This document shows, in pieces, positions 1 through 9,295 of a stretch of DNA of 64,000 nucleotides (its first letter is position 1; the number at the start of each line of letters is the position of its first letter). The notes beneath the pieces were generated by a model. The model searched no databases, was not told where the DNA came from, and saw nothing but the letters and a program-made list of their open reading frames with translations. This DNA comes from an uncultured Poribacteria bacterium (GTDB lineage: Bacteria > Poribacteria > WGA-4E > WGA-3G). Made by a program: the position numbers and the translations under genes. The DNA lies in assembly GCA_958296135.2 (NCBI GenBank), contig CATQHZ020000001.1:480001-544000 (forward strand), given 5' to 3'.

Positions 1-156
1 CGATGCCGGTGCGAGTAGTTGGACCTCGGCTAGTGCGACGGTATCGCCGGTTTCCTCATATTCGGTAAACGGGCATCCGGATAGCACGCGCAGGGCATCG
101 CCTTCAACGAGCCCGTAGCCGATTGTTTCGTTCAATGCGTATCGTGCAAATTTCAT
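1..156 (-). CDS. Fumarylacetoacetate hydrolase family protein, N-terminal part (runs off the window edge)
   Basis: Hand translation from ATG at 156: MKFARYALNETIGYGLVEGDALRVLSGCPFTEYEETGDTVALAEVQLLAP, a typical FAH-family N-terminus; GAGGA RBS upstream. Confidence 0.7.
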   Translation of the reverse strand, partial: MKFARYALNETIGYGLVEGDALRVLSGCPFTEYEETGDTVALAEVQLLAPAS

Positions 157-307
157 ATTTTCCTCGTTCGCAAAGCGTTTAATCATGTCTTCTGTGCAAT
201 GACGTATTCTGAACTAGAGCCGTCATCGACGGTGTCGATGACTACATTTTCGATGCTATCTTACGACAGACAGGAAACGTTGTCAACCAAAAAAAATCGG
301 CGGGCGG

Positions 308-1132
308 CTACTCGGTTTTCGCTTGTGCCAATACTTCTGCCAGTCTATCGGCGAAGCGGCGTTGGCTGTCGTCCTCCGGGGCATAGCCGATGACTTTGCG
401 CGCATTGGCGATGCTCCAGAACTTGTGCGAATTGTCGCTGATGCCGTAGAAAATCTGGAACGGAATCCCGTTTTCGTCCTCAATATTTTCTGTCTCAATA
501 CTCTTGAGGAAGAGTTGGACCTGGTCGCGGACGCTCAGATATGCGCCGAGTCCTCGGTGCATCGCCTTTAAATCGTCGGCAGCGGCGTTCGCCATATCGG
601 TTTCGCGTGGCCCGCCGATGCGCAATTGGACATTCTGGAGTTTCTTCCCATCAACGTGCCCGGTAGCGAAGACAAAGCCGAGGTGCTCGTATGCCTCTTT
701 CGCCCAGCCGTAGAAGTTATCGGACAGCGGCCGCATCTCTGGTGTGACGACATCCCACTTGTCTGCCCAGATGAGGCGTTCATAGTAGTCGGCGGCGTGG
801 TTTGAACTACAGACGACGACGCGGCGGACCTCGGTTTCGACGCAGGTCTGGTAGAGATTGTATGCCATCTGAATGTTGGCGAGTTCGTTCTCAAAGCTGC
901 CGCCTTTGAAGGCGCAATGCACGACTGCATCAACGCCGTTGAAATGGTGTCGGTAGCGTTCTCGGTTGGGGTTGGTAAGTTCGGCAATTTGAACGCCTTG
1001 GACTTCTTCGCCCTGTCGGTTAGTGGTTTTCACGTCGAGTAGGACAAGTTCGTAGCGTTTGCGAAATTCGGGGAGCATTCGTCCAGCGATGTAGCCGGCG
1101 GCTCCGGTGATAAGGACTTTGCGTTTTTGCAT
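308..1132 (-). CDS. NAD-dependent epimerase/dehydratase (uronate dehydrogenase-like SDR)
   Basis: TGAAGYIA Rossmann motif, SSNHA, YGWAK catalytic YxxxK. Confidence 0.85.
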   Translation of the reverse strand: MQKRKVLITGAAGYIAGRMLPEFRKRYELVLLDVKTTNRQGEEVQGVQIAELTNPNRERYRHHFNGVDAVVHCAFKGGSFENELANIQMAYNLYQTCVETEVRRVVVCSSNHAADYYERLIWADKWDVVTPEMRPLSDNFYGWAKEAYEHLGFVFATGHVDGKKLQNVQLRIGGPRETDMANAAADDLKAMHRGLGAYLSVRDQVQLFLKSIETENIEDENGIPFQIFYGISDNSHKFWSIANARKVIGYAPEDDSQRRFADRLAEVLAQAKTE

Positions 1133-1389
1133 GTTTTTGTTGTTCGCAATGCGTTCGGTTAGGGTTGTCGGTGCAATGACGTTTGTCTCCGTATATCTGT
1201 CATTGACGTTGTCAATTTTTTGTTGTTCGCAATGCGTTCGGTTAGGGTTGTCGGTGCAATGACGTTCGTCTCCGTATATCCGTCATTGACGTTGTCAATT
1301 TTTTGTTGTTCGCAATGCGTTCGGTTAGGGTTGTCGGTGCAATGACGCTTCTCTCCGTATATCCGTCATTGACGTTGTCAATGCCTACG
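1133..1389 (-). repeat. Three tandem 83-bp units of repeat family B (GTAG-led palindromic element)
   Basis: gttcgcaatg recurs at 1142, 1225 and 1308; internal inverted repeats CAATGAC...GTCATTG and CATTGAC-NNN-GTCAATG. Confidence 0.95.
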
Positions 1390-1398
1390 TTTCCGTGA

Positions 1399-2163
1399 TT
1401 ACAAATGATTTTGCTCGTCTAGTTTTTCTTGAACAGCGTGTATCAACCTATCAAATAGTTGGCGCGAAACGGGCCTATCCAGCGCGATGGCAAATAGCCC
1501 GTGGTGCGTCGTCTGAAACCTGAAAACGCGGTTGTTCGCGTTTAGAAACCGGACAAGTATCTGGAAGAGAAGTTTTCCGCGAACTTGGAGTCGATACGCT
1601 TCTTTTATTTGCCGATAACGTTTCTCAGGCGGGGGCACAAAACCTCGGCGTTCGCGGAAGTCTTCGTCAAGTTCAGTCTTACCGCGCGGAATCATTTCGT
1701 CCAAACTTGTGGCTACATAAGAAGCATGCTGGTTTAAAAAGGCTTCTACCTCATAAGCAAACCACGTGCAGACAGCATCGAGCACTTGCCGATGTGTTTC
1801 GGTTTGGTTATTCTCCAACAAACTTTCGAGATGCGCACTCACGTATAAGTCGTTTTCAATGCTATAGCCTTTTGTCCAGATAATCCCTGCGTATTCCTCA
1901 GGGATGCCAGAGAATAGCCACATATCCTGGTCGGCGATGAAAGCGACAGGGACGTGAGCAAATTCACTTTTCCGCTTGTAAATCTGGAGCAGCTTTTCCC
2001 GTCCGCCGGTGGCACAAAAATCTACGGTGAGCCTATCAAGCCGCTGTATCAACCGCCGATAGATGATTTCATCATTCTTCCCTTCAACCACAATGTTCGA
2101 TTTTTGGGAATAACGCAAAAAAGCGACTAACTCGTCTACCGTAAAGACTGCGGTAGGCATCAA
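1399..2163 (-). CDS. DUF4435/TOPRIM-like protein (PARIS AriB-like), copy 2
   Basis: IVVEGKND, FIADQD and YSIENDLY motifs; overlaps the stop of the upstream ATPase. Confidence 0.75.
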   Translation of the reverse strand: MMPTAVFTVDELVAFLRYSQKSNIVVEGKNDEIIYRRLIQRLDRLTVDFCATGGREKLLQIYKRKSEFAHVPVAFIADQDMWLFSGIPEEYAGIIWTKGYSIENDLYVSAHLESLLENNQTETHRQVLDAVCTWFAYEVEAFLNQHASYVATSLDEMIPRGKTELDEDFRERRGFVPPPEKRYRQIKEAYRLQVRGKLLFQILVRFLNANNRVFRFQTTHHGLFAIALDRPVSRQLFDRLIHAVQEKLDEQNHL

Positions 2164-3104
2164 ATTTTTCCTCCATGCGTGTCTCCGAGGAAAAAATCTT
2201 TGTCGGGATACTTCGCATAAATGAAAGGCGAATGCGTTGCAACGAAAAACTGATTTCCTGTTTTCTGCTCAAGCAGCACAGGTAAGAGAAGTCTTTGCCA
2301 GTCTCCGTGCAGACTTAACTCCGGTTCATCAATGAAAATCGCCGTATTGTCGCTAAACGCGTTGTAGCACAGAAAGTTCAGCATTTGCTTCTCGCCGGCA
2401 GAGAGTTTGTTGAAGGAAACAGCCCCCGATGCTTTCCCAATGACACTTCTGTCAGCGAGACGAATGCCCCGATAACGCAGAATTTTGCGGCTTAGTTCCG
2501 CTAACAAGGCTTTCGGATTTTCAGAACTATCGGTGCAGTTCTGTGTGAGGAGTTGTCCCAGAGCCTCGGTTGAAACCGAAGCAATGAATTGATGCTCGTT
2601 CAACGCCGTATCAGATGCCAGCGGTGAAAATCCCAAGGTGCCCCTCTTTTTACCATTAGCCAAATAGGAAAACTTACCACCTTCTGCTCTTCTACAGTCC
2701 GGAAAGAAGATGCTGTTCTTCATCGCCTGCGCAATCTGGTGGTTCAGTGCGTTTACCTTTAACGCTTCCCCACTTCGGGCTAGCGTGCCGGTCTCCCAGT
2801 CTACGGCTATCCTCTCCGTGGAGGCTTTCTCGCCAACAAACTGCGAGGTGAGTTCAACCTTGCCCGGTGTCACTCGGGCTATGGCCGCAGAAAATAGGGC
2901 TGTCTCAATAGAAACAAACTGAAACGGAATTTCAGAGAGGATGCGTTCCAGATTCCCGCTGATGAGATACCAAATTAACTTCAGCAGCGTCGTTTTCCCA
3001 GAACCGTTCGGGCCGGTAAAGAGGTTCAAATCGGGGTGAAATTCCAAATCGTGATTTCCATCCGACCGGTTATTCAACCCCTTGACGACAAGGCGTTTTA
3101 TCAT
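2160..3104 (-). CDS. ABC/AAA_21-type ATPase (PARIS AriA-like), short form
   Basis: Walker A GPNGSGKT, signature LSAGEKQ, Walker B IFIDEPE, H-loop ATHSP. Confidence 0.85.
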   Translation of the reverse strand: MIKRLVVKGLNNRSDGNHDLEFHPDLNLFTGPNGSGKTTLLKLIWYLISGNLERILSEIPFQFVSIETALFSAAIARVTPGKVELTSQFVGEKASTERIAVDWETGTLARSGEALKVNALNHQIAQAMKNSIFFPDCRRAEGGKFSYLANGKKRGTLGFSPLASDTALNEHQFIASVSTEALGQLLTQNCTDSSENPKALLAELSRKILRYRGIRLADRSVIGKASGAVSFNKLSAGEKQMLNFLCYNAFSDNTAIFIDEPELSLHGDWQRLLLPVLLEQKTGNQFFVATHSPFIYAKYPDKDFFLGDTHGGKI

Positions 3105-3148
3105 GAGAACATGTCTCCTACGTGAAAGTTCAATTGCGATGTACTCGG

Positions 3149-3205
3149 TTTGAGATAATTATAGCCTATCTCACATCGAATTGGCAAGAAAAATCTCGCT
3201 CAGAC
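3149..3205 (-). promoter_or_regulatory. Duplicated sigma70-like promoter block of the ATPase cassette
   Basis: TTGCCA-18nt-TATAAT on the minus strand; near-identical to 5301-5357. Confidence 0.7.
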
Positions 3206-3997
3206 GGTGGCGTTAGGGAGAGGCCTGCCAGATACAGTTCTTTGCTCAGCGATGTTTTGCCTTACCGCCGCCATTAACCTGTCCAGCAACGGACGTGCCC
3301 CAGGCAGCCTCAGCGCAAGATTGTATAGCGCGTAGTGGTTAAGACTCGCCCTAGGAAAACCGTGGGCAGGTTTACTTAGAAAACGCACCAGGAGTTGGAA
3401 AAGCAGTTTGCCTCGCAGCAGACGCTGATACGCCGCGTTGATTTGTTGAACCAAGTCTGCGGCAGGAACGCGAAACCCGCAGTCCCTGCAGAAATCTGCA
3501 TCAAGTTCTGTCTGCCCTGGTGGGACAATCCGGGCGCAATGAAAATCAAGCCGCGGCGTGTTGCCCGCTAATGTCTCTTCAACCACGAAGGCAAACCATG
3601 TGCTGAGCGAATCTACGATGTCCCCATGTTCTACAATGTCTCTCTCATCGAGCAAACGTTCCAAGTCGGCATCCGCATACAGGTCATTTTCAATGCTGTA
3701 ACCTTGCGTCCAGATAATTCCGGCGTATGCTGCCGGCACGCCTGTGAACACCCACATATCCCGGTCGGCGATGAAAGCGACAGGGACGTGAGCAAATTCG
3801 CTTCTGCGTTCGTAAACGCGGAGGAGTTTTTCTCTCCCGCCCGCAGCATGCAAAACTACATTCAATATCCCAATTTGTCTCACCAACTCCCGATAGATGA
3901 CAACGTCATCCTCACCCTCGACGACGATTTTGGGGGTTTGAGAGCGAATCAGAATATTGACGAGCCGGTCAACCGTCATAGGATTCGGTGTTGGCAT
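3200..3997 (-). CDS. DUF4435/TOPRIM-like protein (PARIS AriB-like), copy 1
   Basis: IVVEGEDD, FIADRD and YSIENDLY motifs; paralog of 1399-2163. Confidence 0.78.
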   Translation of the reverse strand: MPTPNPMTVDRLVNILIRSQTPKIVVEGEDDVVIYRELVRQIGILNVVLHAAGGREKLLRVYERRSEFAHVPVAFIADRDMWVFTGVPAAYAGIIWTQGYSIENDLYADADLERLLDERDIVEHGDIVDSLSTWFAFVVEETLAGNTPRLDFHCARIVPPGQTELDADFCRDCGFRVPAADLVQQINAAYQRLLRGKLLFQLLVRFLSKPAHGFPRASLNHYALYNLALRLPGARPLLDRLMAAVRQNIAEQRTVSGRPLPNATV

Positions 3998-5238
3998 CAG
4001 ATCTTTCCTTGGTATCCACGATTGTCTCCTAACAAAAACTCTTTGTCAGGATAAATGGTATAGATGAAAGGAGAATGTGTAGCAACAAAGAACTGATTTC
4101 CTGTTCCTTGGTCGGCCAGGGTAGGGAGCAGCAGTCCTTGCCAATCTACGTGCAGGCTCAACTCCGGTTCATCAATGAAAATGGCGGCGTTGTCGCTAAA
4201 CGCGTTGTAGCAGAGGAAGCTCAGCATTTGCTTCTCGCCGGCAGAGAGTTTGTCAGAAGATATGGCTTCCTTGGTTTCACCAAGCGTGATGCCATCTTTT
4301 CCTGCACCGAGGGTAATTCCATCTGTCCTTTCCCCGCTGGCAACCCGTCCCGTAACACGAATTGCCTGATACTGTAAGAGTTGCCGAGTCAGATTAGATA
4401 ACACCGAAAACGGCTTCCGCAGCAAATCTCTTTTCTCATCAACCTGCTTAATAGCATTCAGAACGGAGGTAACCTCTTGAGGCATCTGAGTTTCAGATGC
4501 GTCTTCGTTACCAGAAGAGTCTCGGATTTGCTTTGAAATATTGTCTAATACCCGCGCCTGCAGTCCGCTGATTTCCTCATAAATATCGGCGTATTTCTGC
4601 GTTAGCAATTCCGCCAAATCATCCGTTGAAATCGAGGCGATGAACTTGTGGCCGTTAACCGACATGTCCGTTGAACATCGCGACATCGAAAGTTGAAGCA
4701 TTTCCGGTGCCGAAGCCAACAACCTCACAGAGAGTTCATCAACATCTCCGGCGAGGCTTGAAAAACCGCCTTCAATTCGCCGAAAGGTTGGAAAGAAAAG
4801 GCTACTCTTCGTCGTTTGCGCGATGCGTTTTTTTAGCGCGTTTATCCTATCAACATCCGCACGGTGGATAGCCTTAGTTTCCGAATCCACGGATAACGGT
4901 TCCAAATATTTTTTCTCTCCGGTGAATTGCCATTTGAGTTCAATCTTGCTTTCATCGAACGTGTGCTGTCCATCAAATCGCAAGGTGCCGTCCCCTTTGA
5001 GTTCAACCCAAGCCATCTCCAAAGAGAACACGTCTGTCTCAATAGAAACAAACTGAAACGGCATTTCCAGAAGAATGCGTTCCAGATTCCCGCTGATGAG
5101 ATACCAAATTAACTTCAGCAGCGTCGTTTTCCCAGAACCGTTCGGGCCGGTAAAGATGTTCAAATCGGGGTGAAATTCCAAATCGTGATTTCCATCCGAC
5201 CGGTTATTCAACCCCTTGACGACAAGCCGCTTTATCAT
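3997..5238 (-). CDS. ABC/AAA_21-type ATPase (PARIS AriA-like), long form with helical insert
   Basis: GPNGSGKT, FFPTFRRIEG, LSAGEKQ, IFIDEPELSLH, ATHSP. Confidence 0.87.
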   Translation of the reverse strand: MIKRLVVKGLNNRSDGNHDLEFHPDLNIFTGPNGSGKTTLLKLIWYLISGNLERILLEMPFQFVSIETDVFSLEMAWVELKGDGTLRFDGQHTFDESKIELKWQFTGEKKYLEPLSVDSETKAIHRADVDRINALKKRIAQTTKSSLFFPTFRRIEGGFSSLAGDVDELSVRLLASAPEMLQLSMSRCSTDMSVNGHKFIASISTDDLAELLTQKYADIYEEISGLQARVLDNISKQIRDSSGNEDASETQMPQEVTSVLNAIKQVDEKRDLLRKPFSVLSNLTRQLLQYQAIRVTGRVASGERTDGITLGAGKDGITLGETKEAISSDKLSAGEKQMLSFLCYNAFSDNAAIFIDEPELSLHVDWQGLLLPTLADQGTGNQFFVATHSPFIYTIYPDKEFLLGDNRGYQGKI

Positions 5239-5300
5239 GTCCCTGCCTCCTATCTGTAAACATCGAATTGTTGATGGGCTCAGGCAAGCCCATTCTACGC

Positions 5301-5357
5301 TTTGAAATAATTATAGCCTATCTCACATCGAATTGGCAAGAAAAATCTCGCTCAGAC
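5301..5357 (-). promoter_or_regulatory. Duplicated sigma70-like promoter block of the ATPase cassette
   Basis: Same block as 3149-3205 (TTGCCA-18nt-TATAAT). Confidence 0.7.
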
Positions 5358-6296
5358 TTCTCCTTCCCAGTCGTCCGCTAAGAAAAATTCTCTGTCCGGA
5401 TACCTTACATAGACGAAAGGTGAATGCGTTGCAACGAAGAACTGATTCCTAGTGTCCTGCTCAAGCAAAACCGGTAAGAGCAGCCGCTGCCAATCTACGT
5501 GCAGGTTAATCTCCGGTTCATCAATGAAAACGGCCGAGTTGCCGCGAAAGGCATTGTAGCACAAAAAGTTCAGCATTTGCTTCTCACCGGCGGAGAGCTG
5601 GTTGGAGGAAACAGCGTCATCTGCTTCGCCAAGGACAAGTTCGTCCCTGAAACGAATGCCGCGACACTGCAGAATTTTGCAACTCAACGCTGATAACTCG
5701 GCTTTCGGATTTTTAAAACTCTTGGCGTATGGCTGCGCGAACAGTTGTCCCATAGCCTCGGTTGAAACCGAATCGACGAATCGATGCCCGTTGAGTGATA
5801 CTTCAGATTTTTCGTTTAAAGAACCGAAGCCGGCACTCTCCTTATCACCGGAGAAATAGGGAAATTCGCCTTCAATTCGCCGAAAGGTTGGAAAGAAGAG
5901 GCTGCTCTTCGTCGTCTGCGCGATGCGCTGATTCATCGCATCAAACTTTACTGCGCTCTCGTCACGCTGCTCCAGCGCGCCGGTATCACAATCCACGGAT
6001 ACCGTTGCCGTTGCCGTTTTCTGGCCCGCAAATGTCCACGTCAGTGCAACCGTGCCGGGGTTCACCTGAAGCATATCTAAAGCGAACGTGTCTGTTTTCA
6101 TCAAAACGAACTGAAACGGAATCTCCGCAAAAACGCGTGCCAGATTCCCGCTGATGAGATACCATATCAGTTTCAGCAACGCGGTTTTCCCAGAGCCGTT
6201 CGGGCCGGTAAAAATGTTCAAGTCAGAGTAGAATTCCAAGTCGTGCGTGCCATCGGCTCGGTTATTCAGCCCTTTGACAACAAGTCGGTATATCAT
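5352..6296 (-). CDS. ABC/AAA_21-type ATPase (AriA-like), short form with no adjacent TOPRIM partner
   Basis: GPNGSGKT, LSAGEKQ, VFIDEPE, ATHSP. Confidence 0.85.
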   Translation of the reverse strand: MIYRLVVKGLNNRADGTHDLEFYSDLNIFTGPNGSGKTALLKLIWYLISGNLARVFAEIPFQFVLMKTDTFALDMLQVNPGTVALTWTFAGQKTATATVSVDCDTGALEQRDESAVKFDAMNQRIAQTTKSSLFFPTFRRIEGEFPYFSGDKESAGFGSLNEKSEVSLNGHRFVDSVSTEAMGQLFAQPYAKSFKNPKAELSALSCKILQCRGIRFRDELVLGEADDAVSSNQLSAGEKQMLNFLCYNAFRGNSAVFIDEPEINLHVDWQRLLLPVLLEQDTRNQFFVATHSPFVYVRYPDREFFLADDWEGEV

Positions 6297-6345
6297 TTTT
6301 TGTTGCTCCTAGCGGTGGTTCATCTTCTGCTTGGCAGAGGACGGT

Positions 6346-8049
6346 TTACGGAATCGCCAACTTCTCTTTGCAATATCGCGCCAGAACCTTCATCTCCGCA
6401 AGCACCTGTTGCTCCGTGTTAATCAGCTGCCGGAAGTGCGGGGGCACCGGTGGCTCCTCCGTGGCACGCAACCGATTCATCAATCGCGCGAAGAAACCGG
6501 TTTGTTGCTGAACTTCCGGAATGCCGGGAGGGCCAGCACCGGCGCGCGCCGGCACTACTCCCAAGTAGTCAATGGAGAGATAGTGGGCGCGTCCCTCCTG
6601 AGTCATAACCCCCTCGTGGATACTGCCGGTGTCGCGACGGCCGTAACTGACGGTGTAGCATCTGCCACTGTTCCGGTTGAGGATAGTATAGCCGCCCTCG
6701 TCAATGGTATCATTCCAACACTTCTCGAACCCGTTTTGAGGGAGGCGTTCGCGGAGTTCTGCGGCAGACCGGACGACGAATTTGTTTTGATGCGGTGTTC
6801 TGATAATAAGAAACGCCTCATCCTCCACCTGCGTGGGCGGCAATCCTGTGAACAGATGGACATTTTCAAGCATCCAAACGCTGCCGTTTTGAACACCTTT
6901 CGCCAGGTTTTGGTGCTTCTCAACGAAGTCGCCGTTGAGGGGATGCAGGCGGTATACGTTGCCGGTGCCGTTGAAGATTTCACGCAATTTTCGGCGATGC
7001 TCTATCACGGCGAACCGCTTCTCCGGGAGCGGTACTTGGAGGCGGAGCTGATACCCTGTGGGCAAGTCGGTGGTAAGGTTGAGCTGCGATTCGCGGAGGC
7101 GCGCCAAGATGTTCAGTGCAGTCTGGCTTTTGGATAACACGCGCCCAATTAGGTACTTGCTGCGGAGCGTCCGAATCTCCTTCGCGAGGCGTTGCAGTGT
7201 GGGCGCGTCGAGGCCTTCCAGCATAATCTTGTGTTCCCATCGGGTGCCGCGTTCGTGCGCGAGGATTTGGAACTGCTGCGTATCTCCCGTGGTGCGGATG
7301 TACCCTAAGGCTGTCCACGGATCGAACGTGGCCCGGTATCCGCCGCTCATTTCTGGGGTTGCAATTGCCAAGACACAGTCGCGCCTTTCGTAGCGCGAGT
7401 AGAGCCCGAATTGAAACTCAAACGCTTCAAAGGGTGCTAATGCCTCGCGTAAATCGCGTGCAAACTCGGTGCCTCGCGCGAAGCTTTTGAAAATCCGTTC
7501 CGTGCTTTGCGGTTGGTTGAGCGCGTCGAGGAACTTGCCGATGGGAATCCCGCTCTCTTCCTCGCCTTCGCCTTCGCCTTTTCCGAAGACTTTGGTTTTC
7601 GTTTTGAAAGGCGGGTTCCGTAGTGACACGTCACGCTGGGAGACGAGTTGCAACGCCGCATCGTCTGCCATGTCGGTGAGCGTTGGTGCATCGCCGAGGA
7701 CCTCCGCCAATTGGGTATCGTCCAGTTTTTCTGTCAGTTCGATGCCGCGCTTCAGCTCCGCGAAATGGATGATGTCGTCAATGCTGTACAGCATCGGCGC
7801 GCTTGACGAGAGGTTATCGTAGTTGGAGCGGTGGAATCGGATACGCGGCTTGATGCGGAAAACCGGCGTGAGCCCATAATCTTTGAGCAACACATACAAC
7901 GTGACGGTGTAGGACTCCTCGTGAACTTTCTGTGCCAAGATGCCATCGCGTTGTGCGGCATCTCCGACGATTAACTGCTCTTGGACGAGCCGGCTATCGT
8001 TGCCGAAAATCATCATCCGGTGTTCTTCTCGGTTATCATCTACTAACAT
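6346..8049 (-). CDS. Hypothetical protein, possibly VTC/CYTH (triphosphate tunnel) fold
   Basis: 567-aa ORF with RBS; YTVTLY, RIKPRIRF, RYERR...YRATFD and WEHK occur in VTC-domain order (judged by eye). Confidence 0.5.
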   Translation of the reverse strand: MLVDDNREEHRMMIFGNDSRLVQEQLIVGDAAQRDGILAQKVHEESYTVTLYVLLKDYGLTPVFRIKPRIRFHRSNYDNLSSSAPMLYSIDDIIHFAELKRGIELTEKLDDTQLAEVLGDAPTLTDMADDAALQLVSQRDVSLRNPPFKTKTKVFGKGEGEGEEESGIPIGKFLDALNQPQSTERIFKSFARGTEFARDLREALAPFEAFEFQFGLYSRYERRDCVLAIATPEMSGGYRATFDPWTALGYIRTTGDTQQFQILAHERGTRWEHKIMLEGLDAPTLQRLAKEIRTLRSKYLIGRVLSKSQTALNILARLRESQLNLTTDLPTGYQLRLQVPLPEKRFAVIEHRRKLREIFNGTGNVYRLHPLNGDFVEKHQNLAKGVQNGSVWMLENVHLFTGLPPTQVEDEAFLIIRTPHQNKFVVRSAAELRERLPQNGFEKCWNDTIDEGGYTILNRNSGRCYTVSYGRRDTGSIHEGVMTQEGRAHYLSIDYLGVVPARAGAGPPGIPEVQQQTGFFARLMNRLRATEEPPVPPHFRQLINTEQQVLAEMKVLARYCKEKLAIP

Positions 8050-8314
8050 TGTTGTTGTTCCTAGCGGTGGTTTGGCCGCGTCTGGGCTGATGACGTTGCC
8101 TGAGCCGGCCGCATCGCCGATGACGATGCTTGCCTAGCGAGGAACAGCCCTTGCCCTAAGTCGTACCGGGTGATAGCGAGGGACCTGCCCTCGCACTACG
8201 GGTTAAATTCAACGCAAAACGGGTAGCGTCGCGCACATCCATTGTTCGCGATAAGCGCGCTTTGCAAGCGCGCTTGAACAGATACCGCGCCTACCGGGAG
8301 CAACCGTCGCGCAC

Positions 8315-9292
8315 TTAGGTGGCAGCAGCAAGCCGCTGGCGTGCCAAAGCGGCTGCGCCGAGAATCCCTGCATCATCCCCAAGTTGTGCCTTGACAATCT
8401 CGACACCGCTTAAGGTATTCGGAAGCGCGTAAGCCGCTACAACGCCCCGGATGTTGTCTAAGAACGTGTCGTCAAGTGCCTCAACGACACCGCCGCCCAG
8501 CACAATCATCTCCGGATTTAAGAAGTTGACAATAGAGGCGATGCCAACGCCGAGGTATTTCGTCGCTTTCTTGAAGACCTGGGTGGTTAATTTATCGTTG
8601 CTGCGGAGTGCCTTTGCTAAGGCACCGCTCCGAATTAATTTCAAATCGCCGCCGGTGAGTTCGGGGAGAATGCTCTTTTTCCCCTTCTTCACGATGGCCT
8701 TCTGCAATTGCTTGGTGATGGCCGTGCGGCTTGCCAGGGCTTCTAAGCAGCCGCGCGTGCCGCAGCCGCACCGCGGGCCGCCGGCTTTGACGATGATATG
8801 TCCAATTTCGCCTGCGGTTTTGCTGGCACCGTGGAAAAGTTCACCGTCCATAATAATGCCGCCGCCAATGCCGGTGCCGACAAAAATTCCGACGAGGGTT
8901 GACACGCCTTTACCTACGCCGAATGCGTGTTCGCCGAGTGTCCCGACGTTCACGTCGTTGTCAACGAAGGTAGGGATACCGACGCGGTTTTCAAGTTCCG
9001 TTTTGAGGGGTACGTCTGTCCAACCGAGGTTCGGCGCGAAAATCACAACGCCGGTTCCCGGGTCGAGCGGACCGGGCGCGCCAATCCCGACTGCCTGAAG
9101 GGACGCGTTGTCGACGCGGGATTTGTCAATTGCCTTTTGGATGCAGTGCGCAATCCTGTCAATCACGACAGCCGCGCCCTTGTCCGCTTTGGTTGGGATT
9201 TTGGCGGAGCCTAAAATTGTGCCTTCCGCATTCACAACGGCGGCGAGAATCTTCGTGCCGCCCATGTCTACGCCAATGACGTTACTGTTCAT
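8315..9292 (-). CDS. ROK family sugar kinase (glucokinase-like)
   Basis: GVDMGGTK, DNDVN, GTGIGGG, GEIGH, CGCG..GCLE. Confidence 0.9.
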   Translation of the reverse strand: MNSNVIGVDMGGTKILAAVVNAEGTILGSAKIPTKADKGAAVVIDRIAHCIQKAIDKSRVDNASLQAVGIGAPGPLDPGTGVVIFAPNLGWTDVPLKTELENRVGIPTFVDNDVNVGTLGEHAFGVGKGVSTLVGIFVGTGIGGGIIMDGELFHGASKTAGEIGHIIVKAGGPRCGCGTRGCLEALASRTAITKQLQKAIVKKGKKSILPELTGGDLKLIRSGALAKALRSNDKLTTQVFKKATKYLGVGIASIVNFLNPEMIVLGGGVVEALDDTFLDNIRGVVAAYALPNTLSGVEIVKAQLGDDAGILGAAALARQRLAAAT

Positions 9293-9295
9293 TTG

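Noticed and set aside
1133-1389. 83-bp units as tRNA genes or a CRISPR
   Set aside because: No cloverleaf or T-loop context, and the whole unit is duplicated.
1399-6296. Integron cassette array
   Set aside because: No attC-like GTTRRRY/RYYYAAC hairpins and no integrase; the shared block is a promoter.
6331-7137. Long antisense ORFs (6331-7137, 8451-9098, 23926-24579, 28040-28771, 53679-54380)
   Set aside because: They shadow well-supported genes on the opposite strand, as expected in GC-rich DNA.
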